Positions 1 to 9,927 are shown, numbered from the stretch's first letter. The stretch: DNA of 64,000 nucleotides from Candidatus Latescibacterota bacterium (GCA_965223905.1 CBDCXV010000011.1:576001-640000), one strand, 5' to 3'. Notes: generated from the sequence alone by a model not told the origin. Program-made: numbers and translations.

Positions 1-816
1 CAGGTTGAACTGTGCTATGGCGTTTCCCTGCTCGGCTGCCATACGGAACCACCTTACTGCCTCGGCATCGTCCCGAGGAACCCCGCGAGCCTCCGCGTAC
101 CTTAACCCAAGATGGACCTGTGCTATGGCATCCAAACCCTGCTCCGCCACGAGGCGGTACCACCGATCCGCTTCCGCATAATCCTGATCCTCGTCTCGGA
201 GGTGACGGCCGAAAAAGATATTGACACTGGTCCGCGCTTCAGTCTTGTCCTGATCGGCTGCCATTCGATACCACCGAACCGCTTCGTCATCATCCTGTGG
301 CAGCCCGCGACCCAAGAAATACATCAACCCAAGGTTGGCCTGTGCTAAAGTGTTGCCCTGTTCAGCTGCCAAGCGGTACCACCGAACCGCTTCGACATCG
401 TCCTGTGGAACGCCAAGACCTTCGTCGTAACTTAATCCGAGACTGACCTGCGCTGAAGGGTTCCCCTGTTCGGCTGCTTGGAGCCACAACCGAACCGCTT
501 CCGCATCGTCCTTAGGCACGCCGCGACCATTTTTGTACATGAACCCGAGTCTGGCCTGCCCTTCGGCGTAGCCCCTATCTGCTGCCAAGCGGTACCAACG
601 AACCGCTTCCACATCGTCCTGTGGCAAGCCGCGGCCCTCGGCGTACATGAACCCGAGACCGACCTGCGCTGAGGCATCCCCAGCCGTCGCTCGGGCACGC
701 AGAAGAGCTTGGCTCGCTTGGTCGCAAGCCTGTCCGCTGAAAACCGCGAGACAAGCGGCAACTGCAAATACTGCAGGCCCTGAGTGGTGTCCTATTTTCA
801 AAATCCGACACTCCAT
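1..816 (-). CDS. Sel1-like repeat (SLR) protein, runs off the left window edge; possibly secreted or lipoprotein
   Basis: Not in the ORF track. Manual translation from ATG 816: MECRILKIGHHSGPAVFAVAACLAVFSGQACDQ...AQVGLGFMYAEGRGLPQDDVEAVRWYRLAADRG..., at least 6 repeats of about 36 aa. DNA motif GAACCGCTTC recurs at 276/384/492/600 (108-bp period). Confidence 0.93.
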   Translation of the reverse strand, partial: MECRILKIGHHSGPAVFAVAACLAVFSGQACDQASQALLRARATAGDASAQVGLGFMYAEGRGLPQDDVEAVRWYRLAADRGYAEGQARLGFMYKNGRGVPKDDAEAVRLWLQAAEQGNPSAQVSLGLSYDEGLGVPQDDVEAVRWYRLAAEQGNTLAQANLGLMYFLGRGLPQDDDEAVRWYRMAADQDKTEARTSVNIFFGRHLRDEDQDYAEADRWYRLVAEQGLDAIAQVHLGLRYAEARGVPRDDAEAVRWFRMAAEQGNAIAQFNL

Positions 817-886
817 TTTTTTCCTGAGGCACTCGAAGGCGACCGCGTCGTAGGTATCCAAAGACAGATGCATCGCAAGTTTCGCA

Positions 887-1234
887 TCAACGATCCTCGA
901 CCTCTCGGGATACGCTTTTTTCGAGCGCCTGCAGAATCCAACTGTTCATGCTCAATCCGCTCTCGGCCGCAAACTGTGCCACGCGCTGGTGCAGATCCGG
1001 ACCGAGCCGAAGGTTGAGCTTGCCTGAGAATGGCTTTCGGGGCTCGGTTCCATCTTCCTCGCAGGAAGCGAGGTACTCCTCAATGGACCGGTGAAACTCG
1101 CGTCGAATCCCCTCGACGTCGGTGGCTTCAAAGGTGGCAATCGGGTAGGGGCCGCTGTTGACGACCCGCCCGTGAAGTCGGCCCACGGAATCGTCGAATT
1201 CTATCTTGGCGGTGTATCCCTTGTATTCCATCAT
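887..1234 (-). CDS. hicB: HicB family antitoxin
   Basis: MEYKGYTAKIEFDD...F+SIEEYLASC...PRKPFSGKLNLRLGPDLH...SMNSWI, a HicB N-domain plus RHH C-terminus. Confidence 0.9.
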   Translation of the reverse strand: MMEYKGYTAKIEFDDSVGRLHGRVVNSGPYPIATFEATDVEGIRREFHRSIEEYLASCEEDGTEPRKPFSGKLNLRLGPDLHQRVAQFAAESGLSMNSWILQALEKSVSREVEDR

Positions 1235-1392
1235 GGCTTGACTCCCGTGGCTTCGAGGAAGGCGGCTATGTCGCGTACCGTCGCCCTGCCTGTCTCCGGC
1301 TCGGGGTGGGGGCGGTGAACCACCATCCGTTCTTTTCCCTTCTTCAGAAGCACGCGCGACCCCGAACGCGGAGAAACTTCCGATGCCCGGGA
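1231..1392 (-). pseudogene. hicA: HicA toxin, 5'-truncated remnant
   Basis: Only the C-terminal half is present (SGSRVLLKKGKERMVVHRPHPEPETGRATVRDIAAFLEATGVKP). The stop overlaps the hicB ATG, and upstream sequence runs directly into the ABC ATPase stop at 1394. Confidence 0.75.
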
Positions 1393-1393
1393 C

Positions 1394-2452
1394 TCACCGC
1401 GGCCACCAGATGACACGGTCCATGCGCGGCCGCGGGTAGATGATTTCCCCCGGTGCCGGACGGTCCGCGGCGCGTTCGAGGGCGAGGTGGATCGGCTCTC
1501 CACCCCATTCGGCCAGCACCGACACCCGCGGTCCCGCCTCCTCGACGACGAGCACCCGCGCCGGCTGTTTCCCGCCTGCCGGGTCGAGATCCTCAGGCCT
1601 GATCCCCATGACCGCCTCGGTCGAGGCAGGAGGGGACTCCGGATGGACCCGGCCGATCTCGAGCCCCGGGGAATCCCCGGCTTCGGGACGACGCACCTTG
1701 CCCTCGGCGACGGTTACCGGAAAGATGTTGGTCGCCGCCAGCCCCAGCTGCCGGGCCACGGCCGGTGAGGCGGGACGCACGTACACCTCCCGGGGAGTGC
1801 CCTGCTGCCGCACCTTCCCCTCCGCGAGGACGAAGAGCCTGTCACCTATCGCCAGCGCCTCGCTCCAGTCGTGGGTGACGTACACCATCGGCAGGCCGAT
1901 CTCACGCCTCAGGAGCACGAGCTCGACGCGCAGCTCCTCCCGCAGTTTGGCGTCGAGATTGGTCAGCGGCTCGTCCATCAGGAACAGCCGCGGGCGGCGC
2001 ACGATCGCCCGCCCGATCGCCACTCGCTGCATCTCCCCGCCGGACAGCTGTTCGGAATCGCGGTCGAGCAGGTGCCCGATCCGCAGCATCCCCGCAGCCC
2101 ACTGCACGCGCTCGCCGATCTCGCTCGGCGTCTCCCGCCGGCCCGGGGCGCGCAGGGGAAACTCGAGGTTTCGCCGCACCGTCCAGCCGGGGTAGAGGGC
2201 GAAATTCTGGAACACCAGGGCGACGTTCCGCGCCGCCGGAGACCAGCCGCCGATCTCCTCCCCGTTCAGAAGAATCGAGCCGCTGTCCGGGGTCTCCAGC
2301 CCGGCGATGGTGCGCAGCAGGGTGGTCTTGCCCGCTCCCGTGGGCCCGAGCACCACCCCGGTCTCGCCGGCGCCGATCGCCAGGTCGACGCCGCGCAGGG
2401 CGGCGACGTCGCCGAAACGCTTGTGGAGGTTTGCGATCTGCAGCATTGCCAC
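1394..2452 (-). CDS. Carbohydrate ABC transporter ATP-binding protein (MalK-like)
   Basis: Walker A GPTGAGKTT, signature LSGGEMQR, Walker B LFLMDEP, YVTHD. Confidence 0.95.
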   Translation of the reverse strand: MAMLQIANLHKRFGDVAALRGVDLAIGAGETGVVLGPTGAGKTTLLRTIAGLETPDSGSILLNGEEIGGWSPAARNVALVFQNFALYPGWTVRRNLEFPLRAPGRRETPSEIGERVQWAAGMLRIGHLLDRDSEQLSGGEMQRVAIGRAIVRRPRLFLMDEPLTNLDAKLREELRVELVLLRREIGLPMVYVTHDWSEALAIGDRLFVLAEGKVRQQGTPREVYVRPASPAVARQLGLAATNIFPVTVAEGKVRRPEAGDSPGLEIGRVHPESPPASTEAVMGIRPEDLDPAGGKQPARVLVVEEAGPRVSVLAEWGGEPIHLALERAADRPAPGEIIYPRPRMDRVIWWPR

Positions 2453-2454
2453 GG

Positions 2455-3531
2455 TCAGATCCTGCGGCCCGTGTCGCGATCGAAGAAGCGGAGGTGCTCC
2501 TGGTCCAGGGCGACGCCGAGGGGCTCGCCGGGACGGTATTCCGGCCTCTCTGCGGATTCACCCCCCAGGCGCATGACGAGCCGGCCGAGCGGGGTGTCGA
2601 GGTGGAGGTTGCGATGGCTGCCGAGCAGCTCGTCGACGACCACGGTGGCCGCAAGCGGGCCGGACGGGTCGGGGCGCAGGAACTCGGGACGGATCCCCAG
2701 GGTGACGGGCCCGGGCCTGCCCCCTTCCACCGGAAGGCGGCCGGTGCCCTGGGGATCGCAGCGGCTGGTGAACACGGCGGGTTCCCCGCCTATCTCCCCT
2801 TCCGAGAAGTTCATCCCCGGGCTGCCGATGAAGCGGGCGACGAACAGGTTCTCCGGGGCGTCGTACACCTCCGCGGGCGATCCGGCCTGGCAGACCTGGC
2901 CGCGGTCCATCACCACCACGCGATCGGCGAGGCTCATCGCCTCCTCCTGGTCGTGGGTCACGTACACCGTGGTGATCCCGGACTCGCGCTGCCGCTCCCG
3001 GATCAGCTCGCGCATTTCCGCTCTCATGCCGGCGTCGAGGGTGCCCAGGGGCTCGTCCATCAGCCAGAGCCGCGGCCGCCGCACCAGGGCCCTGGCGAGG
3101 GCGACGCGCTGCTGATCGCCGCCGCCGAGCTGGCCGGGACGGCGCCCGGCGAGGTGGGACAGCCGCACCTGCTCGAGCAGGGCGCCGACCCGTTCCCGGC
3201 GCTGCCTCCGATCGAGGCCGTCGCACTCGAGGGGAAAGCCGACGTTCTCGGCGACGGTCAGGTGCGGGTACAGGGCGTAGAACTGGAAGACGAAGCCGAC
3301 GTCGCGCCGGGCTGGCGGGAGGCCCTCCACCTGTTCCCCGGCGATCCGTATCTGCCCGCGAGTCGGGGCTTCCAGGCCGGCGAGCATGCGCAGGGTCGTG
3401 GTCTTGCCGCAGCCCGAAGGTCCCAGGAGGACGACGAACTCCCCTTCGTCGCAGGCGAGGTCGATGCCGGCCACCGCCTCGACGCCGCCCGGGAAGGTCC
3501 TGGTCAACCCCTCGATCTCGAGGAAGCTCAT
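2455..3531 (-). CDS. Carbohydrate ABC transporter ATP-binding protein (MalK-like)
   Basis: Start MSFLEIEG at 3531; GPSGCGKTT, variant signature LGGGDQQR, LMDEP, YVTHDQEEAM. Confidence 0.95.
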   Translation of the reverse strand: MSFLEIEGLTRTFPGGVEAVAGIDLACDEGEFVVLLGPSGCGKTTTLRMLAGLEAPTRGQIRIAGEQVEGLPPARRDVGFVFQFYALYPHLTVAENVGFPLECDGLDRRQRRERVGALLEQVRLSHLAGRRPGQLGGGDQQRVALARALVRRPRLWLMDEPLGTLDAGMRAEMRELIRERQRESGITTVYVTHDQEEAMSLADRVVVMDRGQVCQAGSPAEVYDAPENLFVARFIGSPGMNFSEGEIGGEPAVFTSRCDPQGTGRLPVEGGRPGPVTLGIRPEFLRPDPSGPLAATVVVDELLGSHRNLHLDTPLGRLVMRLGGESAERPEYRPGEPLGVALDQEHLRFFDRDTGRRI

Positions 3532-3731
3532 CCCTCCCTCCCGGACAGGGGCGGGCTCTCCCGGCCGCGATCCGCCCCGGTCTGCATGCGGCTGGTCGCG
3601 ATGTGGAGAAGGGTGAAGGCCGCGGTGACGAAGAAACCCCAGCGAAAGCCAGCGGCCCACCAGGGCTGCAGCATCATCGAGATTCCCGCGGCGAGGCCTG
3701 CCCGCGCCAGGAGGTCGAGACCGCGGATCAT
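3528..3731 (-). CDS. Small 67-aa predicted two-helix membrane protein inside the ABC operon
   Basis: ATGA overlaps with both neighbouring genes; two hydrophobic segments. Confidence 0.7.
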   Translation of the reverse strand: MIRGLDLLARAGLAAGISMMLQPWWAAGFRWGFFVTAAFTLLHIATSRMQTGADRGRESPPLSGREG

Positions 3732-4585
3732 CGCTTTATCGTCCCCAGGGTCACCCCCCTGAGCAGGTGCCGGCGCACCAGCACGGTGAAGAGGACGATC
3801 GGCAGCACGAACAGCAGCACCCCGGCGCCGATCTGCGACCAGGGGAGGCCCTGGACGTTCCCCTGCAGCCCGGCGAAGTAGACCGGCACGGTCACCGCCT
3901 CCTGGTTGTTGAGGGTCATCGCGAACCCGTACTCGTTCCAGGCCGAGATCATGCAGAACACCGCGGTCACCGCCATCCCGGGCAGCACCCGCGGCACGAC
4001 GATGAGCCGGAAGGCGTGCAGCCGCGAGTACCCGTCGACGAGGGCGGCCTCCTCGAAGGCGGCCGGCACCTCGTCGATGAACCCCTTCATCAGCCAGACC
4101 GCCAGCGACAGGTTGAAGGCGGTGTAGAGGAGGATCAGCCCGGCGTGGGTGTTCTGCAGGTCGAACTGCCGGTACATCATCAGCACCGGGATCACCACGG
4201 CGAGCGGCGGCAGGAAGCGGGTCGAGAGGATGAAGAACAGCCAGTCCCGGGAGCCGGCGATGCGGAAGCGGCTGAATCCGTAGGCGCAGGTCGTGCCCAG
4301 GGCGACCGCCGCGGCCGTGCTCACGAGGCCTATGAGGACGGTGTTGAGCAGGTAGTGGAAGTAGTCGTGCCGGGCCCCGGCGTAGCGCTCGCCGAGGCGG
4401 CGGTAGCCGTCGAGGGTGGGCCTGAACCGGACCCCGTGGGCGGGTTCCTCCGCGGCAGGGAGGAACTTGGCCGTCGTGCTGATGCTGTCCGCCTTGGTCT
4501 TGAACGAGGTCAGCCCGAGCCAGGCGAGCGGCATCAGGGAGATCGCCCCGTAGACCGCGATGAAGAGAATCCGCAGGGGGGTCAC
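3728..4585 (-). CDS. Carbohydrate ABC transporter permease (MalG-like)
   Basis: GTG start overlapping the upstream stop; EAA loop FEEAALVDGYS; C-terminal RHLLRGVTLG. Confidence 0.93.
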   Translation of the reverse strand: MTPLRILFIAVYGAISLMPLAWLGLTSFKTKADSISTTAKFLPAAEEPAHGVRFRPTLDGYRRLGERYAGARHDYFHYLLNTVLIGLVSTAAAVALGTTCAYGFSRFRIAGSRDWLFFILSTRFLPPLAVVIPVLMMYRQFDLQNTHAGLILLYTAFNLSLAVWLMKGFIDEVPAAFEEAALVDGYSRLHAFRLIVVPRVLPGMAVTAVFCMISAWNEYGFAMTLNNQEAVTVPVYFAGLQGNVQGLPWSQIGAGVLLFVLPIVLFTVLVRRHLLRGVTLGTIKR

Positions 4586-5520
4586 GCCGCCTCCCCGGTG
4601 CCGCGCTGCGGGTTGCGGCCTTGCAGGCCGTGCAGGTAGCGGATGAAAACCGTGCCCAGGGCGATGACGACCACCAGGACGACGTAGGAGTACGCGGAGC
4701 TGAGGCCGACCTTGCCGTCGCGGAACATCACCTGGTAGAGCAGCGCGCTCAGGGTCTGCGTGGCGCCGTCGTTGGGGCCGGTGATCGCCATCACGAGGTC
4801 GAACTGCTTGATCGCGTCGGTGGCCCGCAGCAGCACCGCGAGGCCGACCAGCGGCGCCGACATCGGCAGAACGATGCGGCGGAACAGCCTCCAGGGGGAG
4901 GCGCGGTCGATGGCCGCGGCCTCGTAGATGGCCGCGGGAATCGAGTTGAGGGCGGCCAGCGAGATCAGGAGCATGAAGGGAGTCCACATCCAGATGTCGA
5001 TCATCAGCACCGAGAGCAGCTTGAGGCCGGGGTCGGTCGTCCACTGCGGCTGCGGCAGCCCCAGCGCCCCCAGCGCCTGGTTGAGGACGCCGTAGCTGCC
5101 GTTGAGGATCAGCTTCCAGAACAGCCCGATCACCGCCGCCGGCAGCATCATCGGTAACAGCAGCAGGGTCAGCACCGCGGGCTTGCCGCGAAAGTCGGCG
5201 CGCAGCGCCAAGGCAAGCCCGTACCCGAGCAGCAGCTCGACAGAAACCGCGGCGGCGACGAACAGGGCGGTGGTGCGGAAGGCCGCGGCGTACCTGGGGT
5301 CGAGGAAGACGAAGCCGTAGTTGAGGGTGCCGATCATCCGGTAGTCGCCACCGGTCAGCTCGGCGTTCGAGAAGCTGAGAACGATGCTGTACAGGAGAGG
5401 GAATACGTTGACGCCGATGAGCACGGCGAGGGCGGGGGCGACGAATCCGTACGCCAGCAACCTGCCCTCCCCGCGTTGAGCGGTGCCCCGGAGACCCCCG
5501 GCTGCGGACGCTTCCGTCAC
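4582..5520 (-). CDS. Carbohydrate ABC transporter permease (MalF-like)
   Basis: IYEAAAIDRAS EAA loop; DIWMWTPF; ITGP...TQTL. Confidence 0.94.
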   Translation of the reverse strand: MTEASAAGGLRGTAQRGEGRLLAYGFVAPALAVLIGVNVFPLLYSIVLSFSNAELTGGDYRMIGTLNYGFVFLDPRYAAAFRTTALFVAAAVSVELLLGYGLALALRADFRGKPAVLTLLLLPMMLPAAVIGLFWKLILNGSYGVLNQALGALGLPQPQWTTDPGLKLLSVLMIDIWMWTPFMLLISLAALNSIPAAIYEAAAIDRASPWRLFRRIVLPMSAPLVGLAVLLRATDAIKQFDLVMAITGPNDGATQTLSALLYQVMFRDGKVGLSSAYSYVVLVVVIALGTVFIRYLHGLQGRNPQRGTGEAA

Positions 5521-5538
5521 TCTTCGGCGGGGAGTCCG

Positions 5539-6849
5539 CTATTCGAGCAGGCCGGCCTGGCGCATGATCAGCTCGTGCTCCCCGGCGAGCTGATCGAGGG
5601 CGGCCTGCGGCTCCTTCGCCCCGTCGAGCGCCTCTCCGAGATTGCGCTGCGCCGCGGCGAGCAGCTCGTTGTAGACCGGCACGTTCCAGAAGTCGATCAG
5701 GTAGTCGAGCGACTGCGCGAACACGGCGTTGAACGGGTAGGCCCTGGCGAACGCCTCGCTGGCGAGCAGCTCGGTGTTGGCGGTGAAGCAACCCGGATAG
5801 GTGATCCACCGTTCCTGCACCTCGGTGCGCTCGAACCAGGCGATGAACTGTTTGGCGAGCTCCTGCTGCTGCGCGGAAACCTTGGTCGAGATGCTGAACC
5901 CCTGTCCCCCGAGGCTGATGACGCGGCTGTCGCCGTTGCGCGGCACCAGGAAGAACCCCGCCTTGTCCCCCATGGCGTCGACGATCCCGGGGTAGAACGG
6001 GAAGTAGTCGAGGACCATCGCCGTAGAGCCGTTCATGAAGGCGTCGAGGACCTGCATGTAGTCGGCGCTCACCCCTCCCGGGGGGGCGAACTGCAGCAGG
6101 TCGATGAGGAACTGCAGCCCGGCGACCGCCTCGGGACTGTTGACGTGGCCGGCCACCTCGAAGGTCTCCCTGTTCCCCCAGGAGCCGCCCCAGGCCCCGA
6201 GGAAGGGCTGGAACCCCATCACCAGGGAGTCGTAGCCGCGGCCGGTCAGCAGGGCGCAGCCGTAGCGTTTCTCCCCAGGGCGGTGGAAGAACTCGGCGAC
6301 CTCGCGGAACTCCTGCCAGGTGTCGGGGGGCTGCAGGGTGCGGCCGTACTTCGCCGCGAACGCCGCCTGCTCGGCCGGGTCCTCGAACCAGTCCCGGCGG
6401 TACACGAAGCCGAGCGCGTCGGTCTCGCAGGGGGCGGCGAAGTACCTGCCGCTGCCGGAGGGGTACTCCATCAGGAAACGGCGCGCCAAGGGGTGGATGG
6501 CCTCGATGTCGACGTGTTGCGGCAGCCAGTCGGTCAGCTCGAGGTAGAGGCCGCGGGTGGCGCCGCGGCCGATCCACTGGCTGTCGCCGACGACGATGTC
6601 GAAGTCGGTCTGCCTGTTGCCGAAGTTGAGGAACACCTGGTCCTGGTACGAAGCCCAGGGAATCTGGTGCACCTCGACGGCGATCCCGGTCTCGGCGGCG
6701 AACTCGTCCCCCAGCTTCTGCAGTCCTACCGCGGGATCCCACTGGGCCCACCAGATGGTGATCGATTTTTCGGCCTCGGCGCCAGCGGGAGGACACCAGA
6801 GCAATGCGGAGAATACGAGGATGGTCAGGGTTCTGGATGTCGCAAGCAT
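5539..6849 (-). CDS. Sugar ABC transporter substrate-binding protein (family 1)
   Basis: Signal peptide; YRRDWF and PPDTWQEF motifs; position in the operon. Confidence 0.92.
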   Translation of the reverse strand: MLATSRTLTILVFSALLWCPPAGAEAEKSITIWWAQWDPAVGLQKLGDEFAAETGIAVEVHQIPWASYQDQVFLNFGNRQTDFDIVVGDSQWIGRGATRGLYLELTDWLPQHVDIEAIHPLARRFLMEYPSGSGRYFAAPCETDALGFVYRRDWFEDPAEQAAFAAKYGRTLQPPDTWQEFREVAEFFHRPGEKRYGCALLTGRGYDSLVMGFQPFLGAWGGSWGNRETFEVAGHVNSPEAVAGLQFLIDLLQFAPPGGVSADYMQVLDAFMNGSTAMVLDYFPFYPGIVDAMGDKAGFFLVPRNGDSRVISLGGQGFSISTKVSAQQQELAKQFIAWFERTEVQERWITYPGCFTANTELLASEAFARAYPFNAVFAQSLDYLIDFWNVPVYNELLAAAQRNLGEALDGAKEPQAALDQLAGEHELIMRQAGLLE

Positions 6850-6877
6850 TTCGAGCCTCGGTCGGGTTGGCGGTTTC

Positions 6878-8044
6878 TCAAGCGGCCGCGGCCACGGCCT
6901 TGCAGATGGCGCGCACTCGCGAGGGCGAGTCGTCGAGGTGCATGCCGATCAGGACGGAGCGCGCCAGGATGTCGAGCGAGTCGCGGCACATCTCCTCGGA
7001 GTATTTCACCCTGCAGCGCCGGTTCGCGGGGATCTTGAACGGGTCGAGGGCCGGGTGGTGGGACCCCTGCTCGCGCAGGATCGGGTGCCAGCGGGTGTAC
7101 ACGTGGCGCCCGGTGTCCATCGGCAGGAACGAGCGGACCCCGGCGGCGGCGACGCTGTCGGAGAAGCGGCGCGCGCTGCCCTCGTCCTCGAACAGGAACC
7201 CGGCGTGGGAGCCGCACTCGTGGTCGATGCTGTTGTAGCGGATCGACTGCAGGCCGGCCTGCTCCCCCGCGGCGATCACCTCCTTCTTGTGGTTCCGCAG
7301 GCGCGACAGGATGCCGTCGATGCGCCGCAGCTGCACGTTCATGATGGCGCCCTCGAACTCGGAGGCGCGGAAGTTGTGACCGGCGAACTGCACGTCGTCG
7401 CTGTGTATCTCGGGGTTCCAGTAGTAGGCGCAGCAGTCGGCCGCCACCGAGGCGCGGTCGAAGACCTTCCTGGTCTTGGCGACGAAAGCTCCCCCCTCTC
7501 CGCAGGAGATGTTCTTGAAGAAGTTGAAGCTGAAGGCCCCGGCGTGGCCGATGGCGCCGAGCTTGCGCCCGCGGTACCCGCCCCCGACCGCCTGGCAGGC
7601 GTCCTCGAGCACCAGCAGGCCGCGGCTGCGGGCGATCTTCATGATCGCGTTCATGTCGCAGGACAGGCCGCACATGTGCACGGGAATCACGGCCCGGGTG
7701 TGCGGGGTGATTCTCCTTTCGAGGTCCTGGGGCGACAGGGTGAGGGATTCGTCGACGTCGGCGACCACGGGAATCGCCCCGGCGTTGAGGACCCCGAGGG
7801 CGGTCGCCATGTAGGTGTAGGCCGGCACGATCACCTGGTCGCCGGGGCCGACCCCGAGACCGACCAGCGCCGTGTAGATCGCCGAGGTGCCGCTGCGCGT
7901 CATGCGCGCGTAGCGGACGCCGACGTGCCGGGCCCAGCGCTCCTCGAAGAGATCGCACTCCCCCCCTTCGTAGCGGTACATTTTGCCGCTCTCGATCAGC
8001 CTGCGCAGCCGCTTCAGCTCCGCTTCGCCCATTCTGTACATCAT
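6878..8044 (-). CDS. DegT/DnrJ/EryC1/StrS PLP aminotransferase
   Basis: SGTSAI, GPGDQVIVPAYTY, LEDACQA, FSFNFFKNISCGEGG (PLP lysine); ATGA overlap with the pabB stop. Confidence 0.93.
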   Translation of the reverse strand: MMYRMGEAELKRLRRLIESGKMYRYEGGECDLFEERWARHVGVRYARMTRSGTSAIYTALVGLGVGPGDQVIVPAYTYMATALGVLNAGAIPVVADVDESLTLSPQDLERRITPHTRAVIPVHMCGLSCDMNAIMKIARSRGLLVLEDACQAVGGGYRGRKLGAIGHAGAFSFNFFKNISCGEGGAFVAKTRKVFDRASVAADCCAYYWNPEIHSDDVQFAGHNFRASEFEGAIMNVQLRRIDGILSRLRNHKKEVIAAGEQAGLQSIRYNSIDHECGSHAGFLFEDEGSARRFSDSVAAAGVRSFLPMDTGRHVYTRWHPILREQGSHHPALDPFKIPANRRCRVKYSEEMCRDSLDILARSVLIGMHLDDSPSRVRAICKAVAAAA

Positions 8045-9924
8045 CCTGCTCCCATGTCTGCGGCGAGCTCCCGTTGCCGCGGCGCTGCGCCCGCGGTGCC
8101 GATGCCAACGAGCTCGAGGGGGACCCAACCGCGCACGGAGTTGATCAGAAACAGCTCTTCCGCCCCCTCCAGCTCGTCGATGGCGATCACCCGCTCCTCG
8201 ATCTCCCCCTCTTCCAGCAGCCGGTTGCGGTAGGTCCCGGCCAGCAGCCCGCACTCCCGCGGCGGCGTCCATCGCCGCCCTTCCGAGACGGCGACGATGT
8301 TGCCGATCGAAGCCTCGGTGAGCTCACGGCGCTCGTTCCACAGCAGCACCTCGCCGGCGCCGCAGAGGGACCGGCGTTCCTCGTAGACCTGCCTGTTGGT
8401 CGTCTTGTGGTAGAGGAACGCGTCGCCGCTCGACACCGGCTCCCGGGCGATTTCTGCGCTCAGCGGGCAGCCTTCGGCGAGGGGGAGCGGCCGGCTCTCA
8501 ACCGCCACCTCTCCCGCTCGCGACAGCACCAGTCGAACCCGGTGGCTGCCTCCCGCCGGCCGCAGCCCGCGGGCGTGGCCTTCGAGGGCGGCGAGCACCT
8601 GCTCTTCGTCGCAGGCGAAGCCGAAGTAGGCGGCGGAGTTCCGCAGCCGGGCGAGGTGGCGGTCGCGGAGAAAGTATCCGCCCTCCCGGGAGGAGGCGCC
8701 AGCACCGGTATCGAGCCGCAGGGTCTCGAACAGATCGAACGGAGGCCGGCGCTCGGTGAGAACGCGGGCCTTGAGCCGGCACTCCTCGAACTCGGCGGCC
8801 GCGGCGGAGTAATGCGTTACCCCGCTGCCGACGCCGTACTCCGCCTGTCCGCTGCCGCGATCGACGCAGACCGTCCTGATGGCGACGCTGAAGCAGGCTT
8901 CCATGGCGGCGACTCCCCCTGGCGGGGACCCGCGTCCGCCCTCCTCTCCCGGGGAGAGGTAGCCGATGCACCCCGTATAGATGCCGCGCGGCGCCGTCTC
9001 GAGCCCGGTGATGAGCTCCATGGTGCGCACCTTGGGAGCCCCGGTGACCGAGCCGCTGGGAAACAGGGCGGCGAACAGGTCCCGCAGGCTCGTGTCCGGC
9101 TCTATCTCGGATTCGACCTGGGAGACGAGCTGGTTCACGGTCTCGTACCGCTCCACCTGCCACAGGCTCGGGACCACGACCGATCCGGCCGCGGAGACGC
9201 GCCCGAGATCGTTCCTCAGCAGGTCGACGATCATGACGTTCTCGGCGCGCTCCTTGGGATCGGAGGCCAGCTCCTCGACCAGGGCCCGGTCCTCCTCCAG
9301 CCAGCGGCCGCGCGGGCGGGTCCCCTTCATCGGCCGCGCCCGCAGCCGGCCATCCTTCAGGGAGAAGAACAGCTCGGGGGACGCCGACAGAATCGCGTGC
9401 GACCCGATGTCGATGAAGGCGCAGTAACCGGAGCGCTGAGCGGCGCAGATGTCGTCGTAGAGAGCTGGTAAATCCCCTGCGACCGGGGCCCGCAGGCGGG
9501 TGGTGAAATTGATCTGGTAGGAATCGCCGGCGACGATGTAGCGGTGGATCTCCTCCACCGCGGCGGCGTAGGCGGAACGCTCCATCGAGGATACCCAGGG
9601 GCCGGCAGCGCAGGCACCCGCCGGGGGGGCCGGAGGCAGGTTCCGGGATGGCTTCCGGCGTTCAGAGAACAGGCCGAACCAGAGCAGGGGCAGGGTTCCG
9701 GGTGGCCGGGTACGCATCGCCTCGTCGAGGCCGGGGGCCGCCTCGTAGGTGACGAACCCGGCGGCGTGAAGGCCGCCGGCAACCGCCCTTTCGACCTCCT
9801 CCAGGGCCCGGGGAACATCGGCGTGTGAGCCGGCCTCGACCTCCCCGCAAAACCCGGAAAAGCGGGAGGCCCAGCCGCCAGGGCCGTCGCCCCGGGAATC
9901 GAGCAGCACCGTCGCAGGGGGCAC
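8041..9924 (-). CDS. pabB: Aminodeoxychorismate synthase component I fused to ADC lyase (PabB-PabC)
   Basis: SASPELF, PMKGT, KERAENVMIVDLLRND, GSVTGAPK; C-terminal class IV aminotransferase-like domain (LFETLR, HKTTNR, GLLAGT, INSVRG). Confidence 0.92.
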   Translation of the reverse strand: MPPATVLLDSRGDGPGGWASRFSGFCGEVEAGSHADVPRALEEVERAVAGGLHAAGFVTYEAAPGLDEAMRTRPPGTLPLLWFGLFSERRKPSRNLPPAPPAGACAAGPWVSSMERSAYAAAVEEIHRYIVAGDSYQINFTTRLRAPVAGDLPALYDDICAAQRSGYCAFIDIGSHAILSASPELFFSLKDGRLRARPMKGTRPRGRWLEEDRALVEELASDPKERAENVMIVDLLRNDLGRVSAAGSVVVPSLWQVERYETVNQLVSQVESEIEPDTSLRDLFAALFPSGSVTGAPKVRTMELITGLETAPRGIYTGCIGYLSPGEEGGRGSPPGGVAAMEACFSVAIRTVCVDRGSGQAEYGVGSGVTHYSAAAAEFEECRLKARVLTERRPPFDLFETLRLDTGAGASSREGGYFLRDRHLARLRNSAAYFGFACDEEQVLAALEGHARGLRPAGGSHRVRLVLSRAGEVAVESRPLPLAEGCPLSAEIAREPVSSGDAFLYHKTTNRQVYEERRSLCGAGEVLLWNERRELTEASIGNIVAVSEGRRWTPPRECGLLAGTYRNRLLEEGEIEERVIAIDELEGAEELFLINSVRGWVPLELVGIGTAGAAPRQRELAADMGAG

Positions 9925-9927
9925 GAC

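Noticed and set aside
50-690. 108-bp periodic repeats as a CRISPR array or DGR template
   Set aside because: They are in-frame coding Sel1 units with no spacers, cas genes or reverse transcriptase in view.
3728-6796. 1022-aa ORF suggesting a giant fused permease
   Set aside because: Only 3728-4585 is permease-like; the rest is an off-frame read of the other permease and the substrate-binding gene.
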